DNA of 64,000 nucleotides from Octopus sinensis (taxonomy: Eukaryota): positions 175,212,001 through 175,276,000 of the forward strand of contig NC_042997.1 of assembly GCF_006345805.1 (NCBI RefSeq), given 5' to 3'. Shown here one piece after another: positions 63,210 through 64,000 of the stretch. A model generated the notes under the pieces. That model was not told the DNA's origin and did no database searches. It saw only the letters and a program-made list of their open reading frames with translations. The position numbers and the translations under genes are program-made. Within the stretch, counting starts at the first letter, position 1. Every line of letters begins with the position of its first letter.

Positions 63210-63360
63210 TAGATAAGAGAGATAAGATAGATAAGAGAGATAAGATAGATAGATAGATAAGATAGATAGATAGATAAGAGAGAGAGAGATAGATAGATAA
63301 GAGAGAGAGAGATAGATAGATAAGAGAGAGAGAGAGATAGATAGATAGATTGATTGAACA
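63050..63360. repeat. Compound (GATA)/(GA)/(GT) microsatellite block
   Basis: Directly visible. Confidence 0.9.
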
Positions 63361-63827
63361 GCAATAGATAAAAAAAGTAAATAGACAAACTGGCCAATAG
63401 ACGTATAGATAGGCAGGGCAGCTAAATGGAAAGATAGCTTAGTTGTAAAAGAGACATGAGCATGTAGATAAAATAATATTACAACTACCAGGATGTTCAT
63501 GCCGTTTATGACAAAATCCCTATTTCTGTGTCTCTATTGTAAGATGAATGTTTGATTTCATATTTCAAGTTGTTCAATTAATTAAAGTAGTTAGTCACTG
63601 GATTGTAATGTGACTCAGTATTTTTCAGACATCTGTACCAATTATGTGTTTTTTTTTTGTTTTTATCTGGCTTGAAAACAAAAGACACACATCTTTATCC
63701 AATATGGTATCCAACATAGGTGTTTCCAGAAACACCAATGTTGGATAGTTTTTTTCGATAGGCTCTTATCATCCACCTTGTCAAAGGCCTACATTTTTCA
63801 GTTTCTTTCTACCAAATCTACTCAAAA

Positions 63828-63859
<32 letters not shown>

Positions 63860-63873
63860 ATGTATGTATATAA

Positions 63874-64000
63874 AGTTAATCCAAATATGAAAGCACAAAA
63901 AAACACAACAACACGAGGACGTGGAACAAATATAGTATTATTGGACACTCAGGAAAGAAGGAAAGAAGTAGGGTTTAACGTTTCGAGTGGAGCTCTTCGT
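63874..64000 (-). mobile_element. Penelope-like hammerhead-bearing repeat, copy 3 (cut by window edge)
   Basis: Homologous to 452-650; minus strand ...ACGA-A-GAGC-UCC-ACUC-GAAA-CG-UU-AAAC at 63973-64000. Confidence 0.6.

Overview
AT-rich, repeat-dense animal genomic DNA. The repeat families (tRNA-headed SINEs, RTE/CR1/R4-type LINE 3' ends, mariner/maT, hAT, piggyBac-, Merlin- and Helitron-like non-autonomous elements, many microsatellites) suggest an octopus/coleoid cephalopod genome; this is inferred from recalled repeat sequences, not from a database search. No complete host protein-coding gene is recognisable, and nearly all listed ORFs are microsatellite artefacts or transposon remnants. 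Main observations: (1) three copies of a (TA)n-anchored repeat carry a minimal, dimer-type hammerhead ribozyme motif typical of Penelope-like elements; (2) two SINE arrays show repeated re-use of one target site, leaving four copies of the target duplication; (3) a minus-strand TATA/Inr promoter with a first exon lies near 14.2 kb, and a divergent plus-strand CpG-rich promoter/first exon near 23 kb, downstream of which CpGs in repeats decay as expected for gene-body methylation; (4) an in-frame hAT-transposase/RTE chimeric ORF; (5) a solo LTR and several nested insertions with readable target-site duplications (TSDs); (6) several R4/Dong-like LINE lineages sitting in (TAA)n tracts. SINE family labels A, B and C are my own working names.
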